Assembly (NCBI GenBank): GCA_021848325.1
Contig: JAJZUU010000008.1
Coordinates: 3,393 to 67,392 of the forward strand
DNA length: 64,000 nucleotides
Direction: 5' to 3'
Source of the DNA: Pseudomonadota bacterium
GTDB taxonomy: Bacteria; Pseudomonadota; Gammaproteobacteria; Burkholderiales; JAJZUU01
Positions 36,434-45,731 of the stretch are shown piece after piece (within the stretch, counting starts at the first letter, position 1; each line of letters begins with the position of its first letter). A program made the position numbers and the translations under genes. The notes below the pieces were generated by a model. That model did no database searches and was not told where the DNA came from. It worked only from the letters and a program-made list of their open reading frames with translations.

Positions 36434-36877
36434 TCACCACTTCCTGTAGGGGAGAAACTTCCCGTTCAGGGTGACCTTGACCCGGTCCCCCTTGGGATCG
36501 GGCACCTTCTCGATATCCATTTCGAAATCGATGGCGCTCATGATGCCATCGCCGAACTTCTCGTGGATAATCTCCTTGATGCTGGTGCCGAACACCTGGG
36601 TGATCTCGTAAAAACGGTAGAGCAGCGGGTCGGTCGGCACGACGGCATCCAGGGACCCTTTCGAAGGACAGACCTGGAGCAGGGCCACCGCCTCCTTGTC
36701 CAGCCCCAGCTTCTTCGCGGCAGCCTCCGCTTCCTTTTTGGTCATGCTCATCTGCCCCAGCAGGGCCGCGGTGGTCCAAATCTCGCTCTTGCCCACGGCC
36801 TTGGCGATGGCCGCCCAGGTCAGCCCCTTGTTGATCTTTGCCGCAATGATCCGTTCCGTCAGTTCCAGGCGCGTCAT
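36434..36877 (-). CDS. cynS: Cyanase (cyanate hydratase)
   Basis: 147 aa. MTRLELTERIIAAKINKGLTWAAIA...DPLLYRFYE...MSAIDFEMDIEKVPDPKGDRVKVTLNGKFLPY. GAGGAG SD upstream of ATG 36877. Confidence 0.95.
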   Translation of the reverse strand: MTRLELTERIIAAKINKGLTWAAIAKAVGKSEIWTTAALLGQMSMTKKEAEAAAKKLGLDKEAVALLQVCPSKGSLDAVVPTDPLLYRFYEITQVFGTSIKEIIHEKFGDGIMSAIDFEMDIEKVPDPKGDRVKVTLNGKFLPYRKW

Positions 36878-37207
36878 GCTTTTTCTCCTCATGGTCCGGT
36901 ATGTTGGTTGATAGGCAGCCCGCCCGCCGCCTTCCGGAATCGGGCAAGACCCGTACCCGGCTACAACCGGGGCCGGGCCTTGCCGCGCAGCACGCGATGA
37001 AGGGTGCCCGCAAACCCGATACGCAGCGGTTTGCCTTAACACAAGTATAACATTCGGAATACGGCTCGCCGCCGATCATGCCCCGTTCGGAGGTGGCGAG
37101 GTAGAGGTGCGGGTGTCGCTGAGCCTATCCGCGCCCTTCTGGAAAACGTTTATCGCCATTCCCCCAGGGATCGCGAATCGATCCCCCTTTCTCCGTCTTC
37201 CCCAAAA

Positions 37208-37236
37208 CTTTCACGAAACTTACACCAAACTTACAA
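37208..37236 (+). promoter_or_regulatory. Pho-box-like direct repeats (CTTTCAC-gaaa-CTTACAC-caaa-CTTACAA) upstream of the PhoX-family gene
   Basis: Three 7-mers at 11-bp periodicity resemble CTGTCAT-N4-CTGTCAY. A TATTCT -10 candidate lies 10 bp downstream (37247-37252). Confidence 0.5.
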
Positions 37237-37327
37237 CTTCGCTCTCTATTCTGGCGGATCAGGGCGCCGCGCAGAATCCGGCACCCCCTTCGAGCGAGAC
37301 CCCAAGACCTTCCAAGGAGCCCTTGAG

Positions 37328-39295
37328 ATGAAGCAAAAGCTGTTGGTGAGCGCCGTACTCGCGGCATTGTATTTACCCTCCGCCCTGGCGGATGTTCCGG
37401 TCCGCAGCGTGGAGTTCACCGAAACCCCCGCCCCCGCAACGATGAGCGACATGCAGCGCGCCTATACCGCCTCCCAGGCGATCGTGACCTATGCCAACGG
37501 CAAGAAGAAAACCTTTCCCCTGGCCTATCATGCCCTGTACAACTCTGGCGATCAGATGGGGCACTGGTTCGGCGGCGCTGTGGTGGACGACCGGGGCCGC
37601 TTGCTGGAAACCGCCCAAGTGGACGAGTCCGGCACCGTCGCCCAGGGGCCGTTCTTCGCCCATAGCCCGGATGCCAACTCCCTCATGAAGCAAGGCGATT
37701 CCGTGTTCCTGGTGACCCACTTCGAGTACGACACCCAGGCCCCGAACATCGACCCCTCCCAGCCGCCCGTGGACCTCTACGGCAAGCTGCCCATGGTGAT
37801 GAACCTGGCCACGCTTACCCAGGACCGCCATACCGGCGCCCTGTCCGCCAAGGCGCTGCGCAACATCGACATGAGCGGCGCGGACGGTTTGTGGATTCCC
37901 TGCGCCGGCGAGCTGACGCCCTGGAATACCCACATCGGCGGCGAAGAGTACGAGCCCGATGCCCGGACTTTCGAAACCCAGCCCATCGCCGCCATGAACC
38001 TGTTCCTCGGCACTCCCGGCGCCACGGCCGCCCAGGGCGGCGCCAATGCCTACCGCTACGGCCTGGCCACCGAAGTAAAGGTGGATCGCCGGGGCAAGAC
38101 CGAAGTGGAAAAGCACTACGCCCTGGGCCGCCTGTCCAACGAACTGGCCCACGTGATGCCCGACGGCCGGACCGTCTATAAAGGCGACGACGGGCGGGAC
38201 GTGATGTTCGCCATGTTCGTGGCGGACCGCCGGGGCGACCTGTCCGGCGGGACCCTCTACGGTGCCAAGCTGGAGCAGACCGACGGCGCCAACGGCGGCG
38301 CGTTCAACATCCGCTGGATCAGGCTCGGCCACGCCACCGACGGGGAAATCAAGTCCCTGGTGGATTCCGGCATCAAGTTCTCCGATATGTTCGAAGTGGC
38401 GAGCAAAGCCGATTATGCGGCCAACCCCGCGGCATTCCCCGGTTTCCGCCCGGTATACACCTACACCGGCACGGGCGGTTCAACCCAACTGGAATACCTG
38501 AAGGTCAAACCCGGCATGGAGCAGGCCGCCGCTTTCCTGGAAACCCGCCGCTATGCCGCCTATATGGGCGCCACCACCGAGTTCACCAAGATGGAAGGGG
38601 CGACCTCCAGCCGGGCCGACAAGAAGCTCTACCTGGCCATGTCCTACGTGGAAAAAGCCATGCTGGACGGTCAAAACGGCGAGCGTCCCCAGGACGATAT
38701 CCGGCTCACCGGCAATCCCAAGGATTTGACCTGCGGTATCGTGTACGAAGCCGATCTGAAGGCCGGGATGGCGGACACGGCGGGCGAGCCGATCCGCAGC
38801 CGCTGGGTGGCCTCGAATATGCGGGCTCTGCTGACGGGGGCGCAGAAGCCGGGCGGACAGACGGCCTATGGCGTCTACGACCAATGCGACACCGACAAGA
38901 TGGCCAACCCCGATAACCTCAAGTATTCCGAGGGGGCGCGCACCCTGTTCGTCGGCGAGGACAGCGGCAACCACCTCAACAATTTTCTGTGGGCCTACAA
39001 TCTGGACAGCAAGAAGCTGACCCGCATCGCCTCCAACCGGGCCGGCGCGGAGTGGACCGGGTTGCAGGCGGTGGACAACCTCAACGGCTTCGCCTACATC
39101 ATGTCCAACGTCCAGCATCCGGGGGCGGAGGACGATCTCTCCTACTACCAGCCCAAGATTCCCGACTTCGATGCCTTCCGTGCCGGCATCGACCAGCGCG
39201 GAACCGTGGGTTACATCAGCGGGCTGCCCGCCCTGGGCAAGGACCAGGCCGGGGAGCGGGAAGGCCATGAGCGGCGCGAGTCGGAGGAAAACTGA
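37328..39295 (+). CDS. phoX: PhoX-family (DUF839) secreted phosphatase-like beta-propeller protein
   Basis: Sec-type signal (MKQKLLVSAVLAALYLPSALA). The motif IPCAGELTPWNTHIGGEEYEPDA is typical of PhoX. No twin-arginine motif is seen. Confidence 0.7.
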   Translation: MKQKLLVSAVLAALYLPSALADVPVRSVEFTETPAPATMSDMQRAYTASQAIVTYANGKKKTFPLAYHALYNSGDQMGHWFGGAVVDDRGRLLETAQVDESGTVAQGPFFAHSPDANSLMKQGDSVFLVTHFEYDTQAPNIDPSQPPVDLYGKLPMVMNLATLTQDRHTGALSAKALRNIDMSGADGLWIPCAGELTPWNTHIGGEEYEPDARTFETQPIAAMNLFLGTPGATAAQGGANAYRYGLATEVKVDRRGKTEVEKHYALGRLSNELAHVMPDGRTVYKGDDGRDVMFAMFVADRRGDLSGGTLYGAKLEQTDGANGGAFNIRWIRLGHATDGEIKSLVDSGIKFSDMFEVASKADYAANPAAFPGFRPVYTYTGTGGSTQLEYLKVKPGMEQAAAFLETRRYAAYMGATTEFTKMEGATSSRADKKLYLAMSYVEKAMLDGQNGERPQDDIRLTGNPKDLTCGIVYEADLKAGMADTAGEPIRSRWVASNMRALLTGAQKPGGQTAYGVYDQCDTDKMANPDNLKYSEGARTLFVGEDSGNHLNNFLWAYNLDSKKLTRIASNRAGAEWTGLQAVDNLNGFAYIMSNVQHPGAEDDLSYYQPKIPDFDAFRAGIDQRGTVGYISGLPALGKDQAGEREGHERRESEEN

Positions 39296-39323
39296 CGATC
39301 GGCGCGTTTCCAAGACTTGAATC

Positions 39324-39349
39324 AAGCGGCCGCAAGGCCGCTTTTTTTT
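39324..39349 (+). terminator. Rho-independent terminator after the PhoX-family gene
   Basis: gcggcc-gcaa-ggccgc followed by eight T residues. Confidence 0.8.
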
Positions 39350-39412
39350 GGTGCGCCCCGCAGGGCGCACTCACCCGGAGGTGGAAGTCCTCTACTCACC
39401 CGGCAAGGGAAA

Positions 39413-39494
39413 GGGCTATCCTAATGGGTGAATTTTGGAATTATGGTACGAACTTTGTTGAAACCCAAATGGAGCGGTCGGTTGCCGTTTCTGG
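39413..39494 (+). repeat. Repeat family 2, short form (copy C)
   Basis: gggctatcctaatgggtgaa...gttgaaacccaaatggagcggtcggttgccgtttctgg aligns with 28021-28114 and 48832-48925. Confidence 0.6.
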
Positions 39495-39523
39495 GTTGAT
39501 TCACTCAAGAATTGGCATTGGAA

Positions 39524-40843
39524 TTAGGCCAATTTCAGCCGGACGGTCAATTTCAGGCCGCGGCCGGTCTTGCCGCTGGCGAGGGAGAGGCTGCCGCCGT
39601 GCCGCTCGACGATGCCCTTCACGATGGCCAGTCCCAGACCGCTTCCTTGCACCCCGCTGCCCAGCGCCCGATAGAAGCGGTCGAACACCCGGGAGCGTTC
39701 CTCGGGGGGGATACCGGGGCCGGTGTCCTCCACTTCGAGCACGGCCTCCGAATCGCTTGCGTAGACGCTCAGGTCCACGCTGCCACCGGATGGCGTATAG
39801 CGAATCCCATTGTCCACCAGATTGCCGACCAGTACGCGCAGATTCTCGGCGTCGCCGCGAACCATCGCCGGCTCCGAGCGCACCACGCCGAGATCGATTT
39901 TTTTATCCAGCGCCAACGGTGCGTATTCCGCGGCAACGGTGTTCACGACATCGTCGAGCGCCACCGGGCGGAACGCCTCGCGCGATATGTCCGGCTCAAT
40001 GCGCGCCATCATCAGAAGCTGCTGCACAAGGTGTATTGCGCGCTGCACGCCGGATGTCAGATCGGACAACGCCGATTCCCTCTCGGCCGCGCTGTCGGCC
40101 CGCGCCAGAAGTTGCAGTTGAAGCTGAACCGCGGTAAGCGGGGTACGAAGCTCGTGTGCGGCGTCTGCAATGAACCGGCGCTGCGTTTCCATGGCTCGGC
40201 CCAGGCGCGACAGCAAGTCGTTCAGGGCTCGCACCAGGGGTTTGACCTCGCCCGGCAGGCCGCGCTCCGGCAGGGGTTCCATGGCGCCGGGGTTCCGTGT
40301 CGCCAGCGCCGCGCTGATCGCGGTCAGGGGCCGCAGGCCGCGGCCCACGCTGATCCAGATCACGATGCCGAGGACGGGGATCAATATCAGGATCGGGATC
40401 AAGATGCGCAATGCCACCTTTGCCGCCATTTCGCGCCTGGCACTCATCGGCTGGGCGACCTGGACCGTGCGCGTGCGCGCCGGCGCCACGTAGACACGCC
40501 AGCCCTGCCCGTGCCAGGACGGCGTCGACAATCCCTGCCCCGTAAAGCGCGGTAGCGCCACGTCGGGATGCGAAGTGTAAACGAGCGCGCCGTGCTGATC
40601 CCACACTTGAACCACAAAATCGCCGGCCTCGTTATCCTCCTCGTCGCCGAACCCGTTTTCCGCGGGCGGGGGGTGAGGAATCTGCTGATGGCGCATGGAT
40701 GCGGCGATCTGCTGCAGCTCGTAGTCAAACAGTTCGCCGACGTCCTCCTTGGCCTGGAAATAGGTCATGGCGGTGGCCGCCAATCCCGCGGACAGCAAGG
40801 CGGACAGCAGCCATGCCAGCAAGCGGTGGCGAATGGACGTCAT
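39524..40843 (-). CDS. Two-component sensor histidine kinase (2 TM, HAMP, HisKA, HATPase_c)
   Basis: H-box (FIADAAHELRTPLTAV) and G-boxes (VEDTGPGIPPEE, GSGLGLAIVKGIV). ATGA overlap with the regulator gene. Confidence 0.9.
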   Translation of the reverse strand: MTSIRHRLLAWLLSALLSAGLAATAMTYFQAKEDVGELFDYELQQIAASMRHQQIPHPPPAENGFGDEEDNEAGDFVVQVWDQHGALVYTSHPDVALPRFTGQGLSTPSWHGQGWRVYVAPARTRTVQVAQPMSARREMAAKVALRILIPILILIPVLGIVIWISVGRGLRPLTAISAALATRNPGAMEPLPERGLPGEVKPLVRALNDLLSRLGRAMETQRRFIADAAHELRTPLTAVQLQLQLLARADSAAERESALSDLTSGVQRAIHLVQQLLMMARIEPDISREAFRPVALDDVVNTVAAEYAPLALDKKIDLGVVRSEPAMVRGDAENLRVLVGNLVDNGIRYTPSGGSVDLSVYASDSEAVLEVEDTGPGIPPEERSRVFDRFYRALGSGVQGSGLGLAIVKGIVERHGGSLSLASGKTGRGLKLTVRLKLA

Positions 40844-41502
40844 GGGGCCTTGGGCACCATGTAGCCGACGCCCCGCACGGTGCGGATGAAGTCCGCCCCC
40901 AGCTTCTTGCGCAGGTGATGGACATGCACCTCGACCGCGTTGCTTTCCACCTCCTCGCCCCAGCCGTACAGCCGTTCCTCCAGGCGCGCCCGCGACAGCA
41001 CGGCGCCGGGCTGTTCCAGCAATGCCTGCAGCAGTGCGAATTCGCGCCCGGAGAAGGTCAATTCGCGGCCGTCGAACACGGCGCCATGGGTCGCCGGGTC
41101 CAACACCAGGGCGCCGTGGACGATTTGCGGCCGCGCCCGCCCCTCGCGCCGGCGCAGCAGGGCCCGGATCCGGGCCGCCAGCTCGTCCAGATCGAACGGC
41201 TTGACCAGGTAATCGTCGGCGCCGCGGTCCAGCCCCTGAACCCGGTCCGCCACCGCGTCCCTTGCGGTCAGGATCAACACGGGAAGGTTCTCGCCCCGGC
41301 CGCGCAATTCCTCGAGCAGATCCAGCCCGGACTTGCCCGGCAGCCCCAAATCAAGCAACAGCAAGTCATAAGGTTCGGCGCGGAGCGCATGCTCCGCCGC
41401 CCCGGCGTCGCGCACCCAGTCCACCACGAAGCCCTCCTGGCGCATTCCCTTGCGCACAGCCTCGCCAATCATGGCATCGTCTTCAACCAACAGCAGCCGC
41501 AT
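40840..41502 (-). CDS. OmpR-family response regulator
   Basis: MRLLLVEDD...LLLLDLGLPGKSGLDLL...ADDYLVKPFDLDEL, with a winged-helix C-terminus (IRTVRGVGYM). Confidence 0.9.
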   Translation of the reverse strand: MRLLLVEDDAMIGEAVRKGMRQEGFVVDWVRDAGAAEHALRAEPYDLLLLDLGLPGKSGLDLLEELRGRGENLPVLILTARDAVADRVQGLDRGADDYLVKPFDLDELAARIRALLRRREGRARPQIVHGALVLDPATHGAVFDGRELTFSGREFALLQALLEQPGAVLSRARLEERLYGWGEEVESNAVEVHVHHLRKKLGADFIRTVRGVGYMVPKAP

Positions 41503-41655
41503 TTCTTTCCCCTCAAGGCCCGGGTCCGCCCCGGGATACGGGCCATCCGACGGCCCCCGACATCCGCTTTCGCCCCACCGCGCCGGCCCGCCACCCCGCA
41601 GCCAATCCGATCCCCATTGTACACGCTGCCACCGCCCCCATTTCCGTCGCAACCT

Positions 41656-44600
41656 TCATGCCGAACGTGTGCCCTGCAGGAGGCTGAACAGGACGGGCAT
41701 CACCAGCAGCACCAGGGGCAGTTGCACCAGCAACCCGGATATGATGGCGATGGCGAGGGGCTGCTGCATGGCCGATCCCTGGCCGATGGCGAACGCAAGG
41801 GGCAGCAGCGTCAGGATTGCCGCGAAGGTGGTCATGGCGATGGGGCGCATGCGGTTCTTGCCCGCCTCGATCAGCGCCTCCCGCCGATCGGGGCCCGGGA
41901 TGCCCTGGTACTCGGAGAAGTAAAAGATCGCCACCTCGGTCACGATCCCCAGGATCATGGTCATGCCCATCATGGCGGAAATATTGAGTTCGATCCCGGT
42001 CAACCACAGCCCGACAAATACCGCCGAAACGGAAAGCAGGGGAATCGCCATGACGGCGAGCGCGATGCGGAAGCGCTCGTACAGGAACAGCAGCAGCAGG
42101 AAGACCAGCGCCACGGCGGCGGCGAACACGGCCATCAGCCCGCGGAACGCGATCTGCTGCTGCCGGTACAGCCCTCCCAGCCGGTAGTAAACACCTTCGG
42201 GCAGCATGCCCGGGGCATTCATCACCGTTTTCACGTCGCGGATCACCGAACCCATGTCGCGCCCGCTGATGCGGGCGGTAACCGCCACCATGCGTTTCAG
42301 GTTCTCGCGGTTGATCTGGGGCTGGCCGGTCACCGCCACCATGCTGGCCACCCGCTTGAGCGGGAAGGTATGGCCGTCGGGCGCCCGCAGCAGGAGCTCA
42401 CCCAGATCGCCGCCCGTCGCCCGCAAGCGCTCCGGCACCCAGGCCCGAACCCCGATCATCTTCACCCCGCTTTGTATCTGGGTGGTGACCGTGCCGGCCA
42501 GGTAGCCGCCGATCATCCGGGTAACGGCCTCCGGATCCACTCCTTCCAGCGCCGCCTTGACGCGATTCACGTGAATTTCCAGGGCATCGCCCGCAGGGTT
42601 GATGCCGTCGCGCACATCCACTATACCGTTGATTTTCGCAATCGCATCGGCTGTTTTTCGGGCCAGCCGCTGCAGCCGCCCGGGGTCGTCGGTGAATATC
42701 TTGATCTCCACCGGCTGGGGTACGGCGGTGAGATCCCCAATCATGTCCTCCATCAACTGTGCCAGTTCGATCTTGAGCCCGGGCACCTGTTGCTCGACTT
42801 GAGAGCGGATTTGGTCCATAACCGTTTCGATGGGTTGGCGCGGTTGAGGTTTGAGCCGAATGAAGAAATCCCCTTCGTTGGCCTCGGTAAGGCCTCCGCC
42901 CAATTGCGTTCCGGTACGGCGCGAATAGGTCTCCACATTCGGATTGGAGCGGATCAGGGCTTCCACCTGCCGGAGCAGGCGGTCGGTTTCGGTGAGAGAC
43001 GTCCCGGGCGGCGAACGGTAGTCGAGGATGAAACCGCCTTCGTCCATGGCCGGCATGAACCCGGATCCCACATGGCCGTAGGCCAGCCACCCGGCGGTCA
43101 GCAGAGGCACGATGCCCAGTAGGACCCACGCCGGGCGGCGCAGCATACGACCCATAGTCGCCTCGTAGCGGCGATGCAGCCAATGGGTGAAGCGGCCGCC
43201 CTCTTCCTGAGCGGCATCCTTTTCGTTCAGGAGGTGGTCCGCCAGGATCGGCACCGCGAGCCAGGTGACCAGGAACGAGATGACCAGGCCGGCGGCCATG
43301 GTGAGGGACAATGCCTTGAAGAAGGCGCCGGTCACTCCGCTCAGGAAGGCGAGCGGCACGAAGATGACGACGGTGGACGCGGAGGAGCCGGCCAGCGGGC
43401 GGAAGAATTCGAGCGCCGCCGCCATCACGCGCCCATGATGGGGGGCGGCTGCCCCCCGAAGCCTGCGCACGATGTGCTCGACCATCACGATGGCGTCGTC
43501 GATGATGAGCCCGACGGCGGCGGCCATGCCCCCCAGGGTCATGATGTTGAAGCTCATGCCGAGGGCGTACAGCAGCACCACGGTGGAGGCCAGGACCGTC
43601 GGCACCACGATCATGGCGATCAAGGTGACCTTGAGATTGCGCAAAAAGAGCAACAGCACCAGCGCCGCCAGCCCGATGCCGATCAGAATCGCATCGCGGA
43701 CACTGGTGGCCGAGGCGATCACCAACCGGCTCTGGTCGTACCAATTTGCAAGCTTGACCCCGCTTGGCATTTGCCGCCGGTAGGCATCCAACTGGGCCTT
43801 GACGTCCCGTGCGATCTGGACGCTGTTGCTGCCCGGCTGCTGGTAGATGTTGATCAGCACCGCGTCGTGGCCATCGGCGTTTACCTTGATCCACTGGGGC
43901 ACGGTGCCGGTCTCCACCGTCGCCACGTCCTCCAGCCGAACCAGCCCATTGGCGCCGGTCTTGACCACTGTTTCGCGGATCTGCGCCAGACTCTTCAAGC
44001 GCGTGTCGGCAATCAGCAGATACAGCTTGTAGTGGTCCTCCAGCCTCCCCACGGCGGTCACCACATTGGCCGCCGAAAGCGCGCGGGAAATATCGCTCAG
44101 GGCAAGACCGTAGGCCTGGAGTTTCGCCGGGTCGACCGTGACGTGGTATTCCTCCCGGGTGCCTCCGACGACTTGAACCCGCGCCACGCCATTCACGCCG
44201 GACAGCAGGGGACGCAACTGGTATTGGGCCAGGTCGTGCAACTGGGTCAGCGTAAGCTTATCCGACGTCAGGCTGTAGGCCAGGATGGGGAATACGGTCG
44301 GGTCCATGCGCTTGGTGGCGGTCAGCGTCCCGGGCGGAAGCTGGGGCAGAATCCGCGTCACGGCCTCATTGATCTGGGCTGTGGCCATGGGCATGTTGGT
44401 GCCCCAATCGAAGTTGACCGAGACCTCCGCGGAGCCGCGGCTGGTAGTGGAGCGGACATCCCTTACCCCCGGAACGCGGCGAATCGCCTCCTCGACCGGC
44501 ATGGTCACCTGCACCTCCATCTGCTCGGCGGGCCGATCCCCGGCATCCAGCGTCACCAGGACACGGGGAAAATCGACATTCGGAAACAGGGTCACGGGCA

Positions 44601-44694
44601 GATTGAACGAGGCCACCACCCCGCCCAAGGCCAGCAACAAGAGGAAAAACAGGATGGAGCGGCGGTGCGCCTGAACCCAGTCGGCGACGGTCAT
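41656..44694 (-). CDS. RND efflux transporter permease (CzcA/CusA-like branch; substrate unknown)
   Basis: 1012 aa with a 12-TM RND architecture. AAVGLIIDDAIVMVEHI motif. Confidence 0.9.
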   Translation of the reverse strand: MTVADWVQAHRRSILFFLLLLALGGVVASFNLPVTLFPNVDFPRVLVTLDAGDRPAEQMEVQVTMPVEEAIRRVPGVRDVRSTTSRGSAEVSVNFDWGTNMPMATAQINEAVTRILPQLPPGTLTATKRMDPTVFPILAYSLTSDKLTLTQLHDLAQYQLRPLLSGVNGVARVQVVGGTREEYHVTVDPAKLQAYGLALSDISRALSAANVVTAVGRLEDHYKLYLLIADTRLKSLAQIRETVVKTGANGLVRLEDVATVETGTVPQWIKVNADGHDAVLINIYQQPGSNSVQIARDVKAQLDAYRRQMPSGVKLANWYDQSRLVIASATSVRDAILIGIGLAALVLLLFLRNLKVTLIAMIVVPTVLASTVVLLYALGMSFNIMTLGGMAAAVGLIIDDAIVMVEHIVRRLRGAAAPHHGRVMAAALEFFRPLAGSSASTVVIFVPLAFLSGVTGAFFKALSLTMAAGLVISFLVTWLAVPILADHLLNEKDAAQEEGGRFTHWLHRRYEATMGRMLRRPAWVLLGIVPLLTAGWLAYGHVGSGFMPAMDEGGFILDYRSPPGTSLTETDRLLRQVEALIRSNPNVETYSRRTGTQLGGGLTEANEGDFFIRLKPQPRQPIETVMDQIRSQVEQQVPGLKIELAQLMEDMIGDLTAVPQPVEIKIFTDDPGRLQRLARKTADAIAKINGIVDVRDGINPAGDALEIHVNRVKAALEGVDPEAVTRMIGGYLAGTVTTQIQSGVKMIGVRAWVPERLRATGGDLGELLLRAPDGHTFPLKRVASMVAVTGQPQINRENLKRMVAVTARISGRDMGSVIRDVKTVMNAPGMLPEGVYYRLGGLYRQQQIAFRGLMAVFAAAVALVFLLLLFLYERFRIALAVMAIPLLSVSAVFVGLWLTGIELNISAMMGMTMILGIVTEVAIFYFSEYQGIPGPDRREALIEAGKNRMRPIAMTTFAAILTLLPLAFAIGQGSAMQQPLAIAIISGLLVQLPLVLLVMPVLFSLLQGTRSA

Positions 44695-45731
44695 TTTGCC
44701 TGCTCCCGCACCGCCATGCCGTCTTCTAGTTCGTAGTTGCCCTGCACCACCACTGCAAGCCGGGGATCGAAAGGCCCGCTCACGCTGACCAGCCGCTTCG
44801 TTTGCACCCCCGTCTTGACCGCCACGCGGCGGGCGTGTCCGCCCGCTACCTGGAAAAGGTAGGCGCCCCGCGCGTCCCGCAGAACGGCGGAGCGCGGCAC
44901 CACCCAGCTTCGCTCGCTGGCGAGGGTGATTTCCCCGCGTACCTGCATGCCGGGCATGAGGCCGTGGGCCTTCGCTCCGCCAAAGAGAGTCACCACGTCC
45001 ACCAGCCGCGTCCGGGGATTGACCACGCCGTGCACCTGGCTTACCTTCGCATCCGCCGTACCGCTGCCAAACACGGAGGCAAGATGGACCGGCATCCCCA
45101 CCGTCACGCGGGAGGCGTCCTCCGGTTCCACACCGAGGCGCGCCCGCAACGCGCCTGCCCTGGCCAGTTGCATCAGGGGCGCGCCGGCCTGCACGCGGTC
45201 TCCCGGCTGTGCGCTAAGCGCCATCACGACCGCATCGAATGGAGCCGTCAGGGTATCGAGCTTACGCTGGGCGCCCAGCTTCCGTTGGGCAGTCAGCGCC
45301 GCCTGCGCATCCGCCAAATTTTTGCGCGCCGCCGCCACCTGGGACCGGGTGGCTAGCCGCTGCGCGGCCAGGCTTTCCGTCCGATCCAGCTCGCCCCGGG
45401 CGAACTCGGCCGCCGCCAGCGCCTGTTGGTATGCGGCGGCCGCCGACGGGTCGGTGGCGAGTTCGATCAGCGGCTCGCCCCGCTTTACAAACTGGCCGGA
45501 AACGACCCGCACGCGGGATATCCGGCCCGGCCTCGGAAAGCTCACGCTGGCAGAAGCAGTGGGGTCCGCTTCGACGGCGCCGTACACGGTCAGGCGATCC
45601 ACCACGCGCTCCCGGTTCATGGTCGCCACCTCGACCAGCACGCTGGGTTTTTGATCGGCGGCCGCTGTTTTCGCCGCGAAGCCTACGGCCGACATGAGCA
45701 CAAGAAAAAGCAACGACAAGCTGCGTCTCAC
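44691..45731 (-). CDS. Efflux RND periplasmic adaptor subunit
   Basis: The GTG start overlaps the outer membrane factor stop (GTGA). Signal-like N-terminus, with lipoyl/beta-barrel motifs (GEPLIELA, APFDAVVMALSAQPGDRV). Confidence 0.8.
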   Translation of the reverse strand: MRRSLSLLFLVLMSAVGFAAKTAAADQKPSVLVEVATMNRERVVDRLTVYGAVEADPTASASVSFPRPGRISRVRVVSGQFVKRGEPLIELATDPSAAAAYQQALAAAEFARGELDRTESLAAQRLATRSQVAAARKNLADAQAALTAQRKLGAQRKLDTLTAPFDAVVMALSAQPGDRVQAGAPLMQLARAGALRARLGVEPEDASRVTVGMPVHLASVFGSGTADAKVSQVHGVVNPRTRLVDVVTLFGGAKAHGLMPGMQVRGEITLASERSWVVPRSAVLRDARGAYLFQVAGGHARRVAVKTGVQTKRLVSVSGPFDPRLAVVVQGNYELEDGMAVREQAK

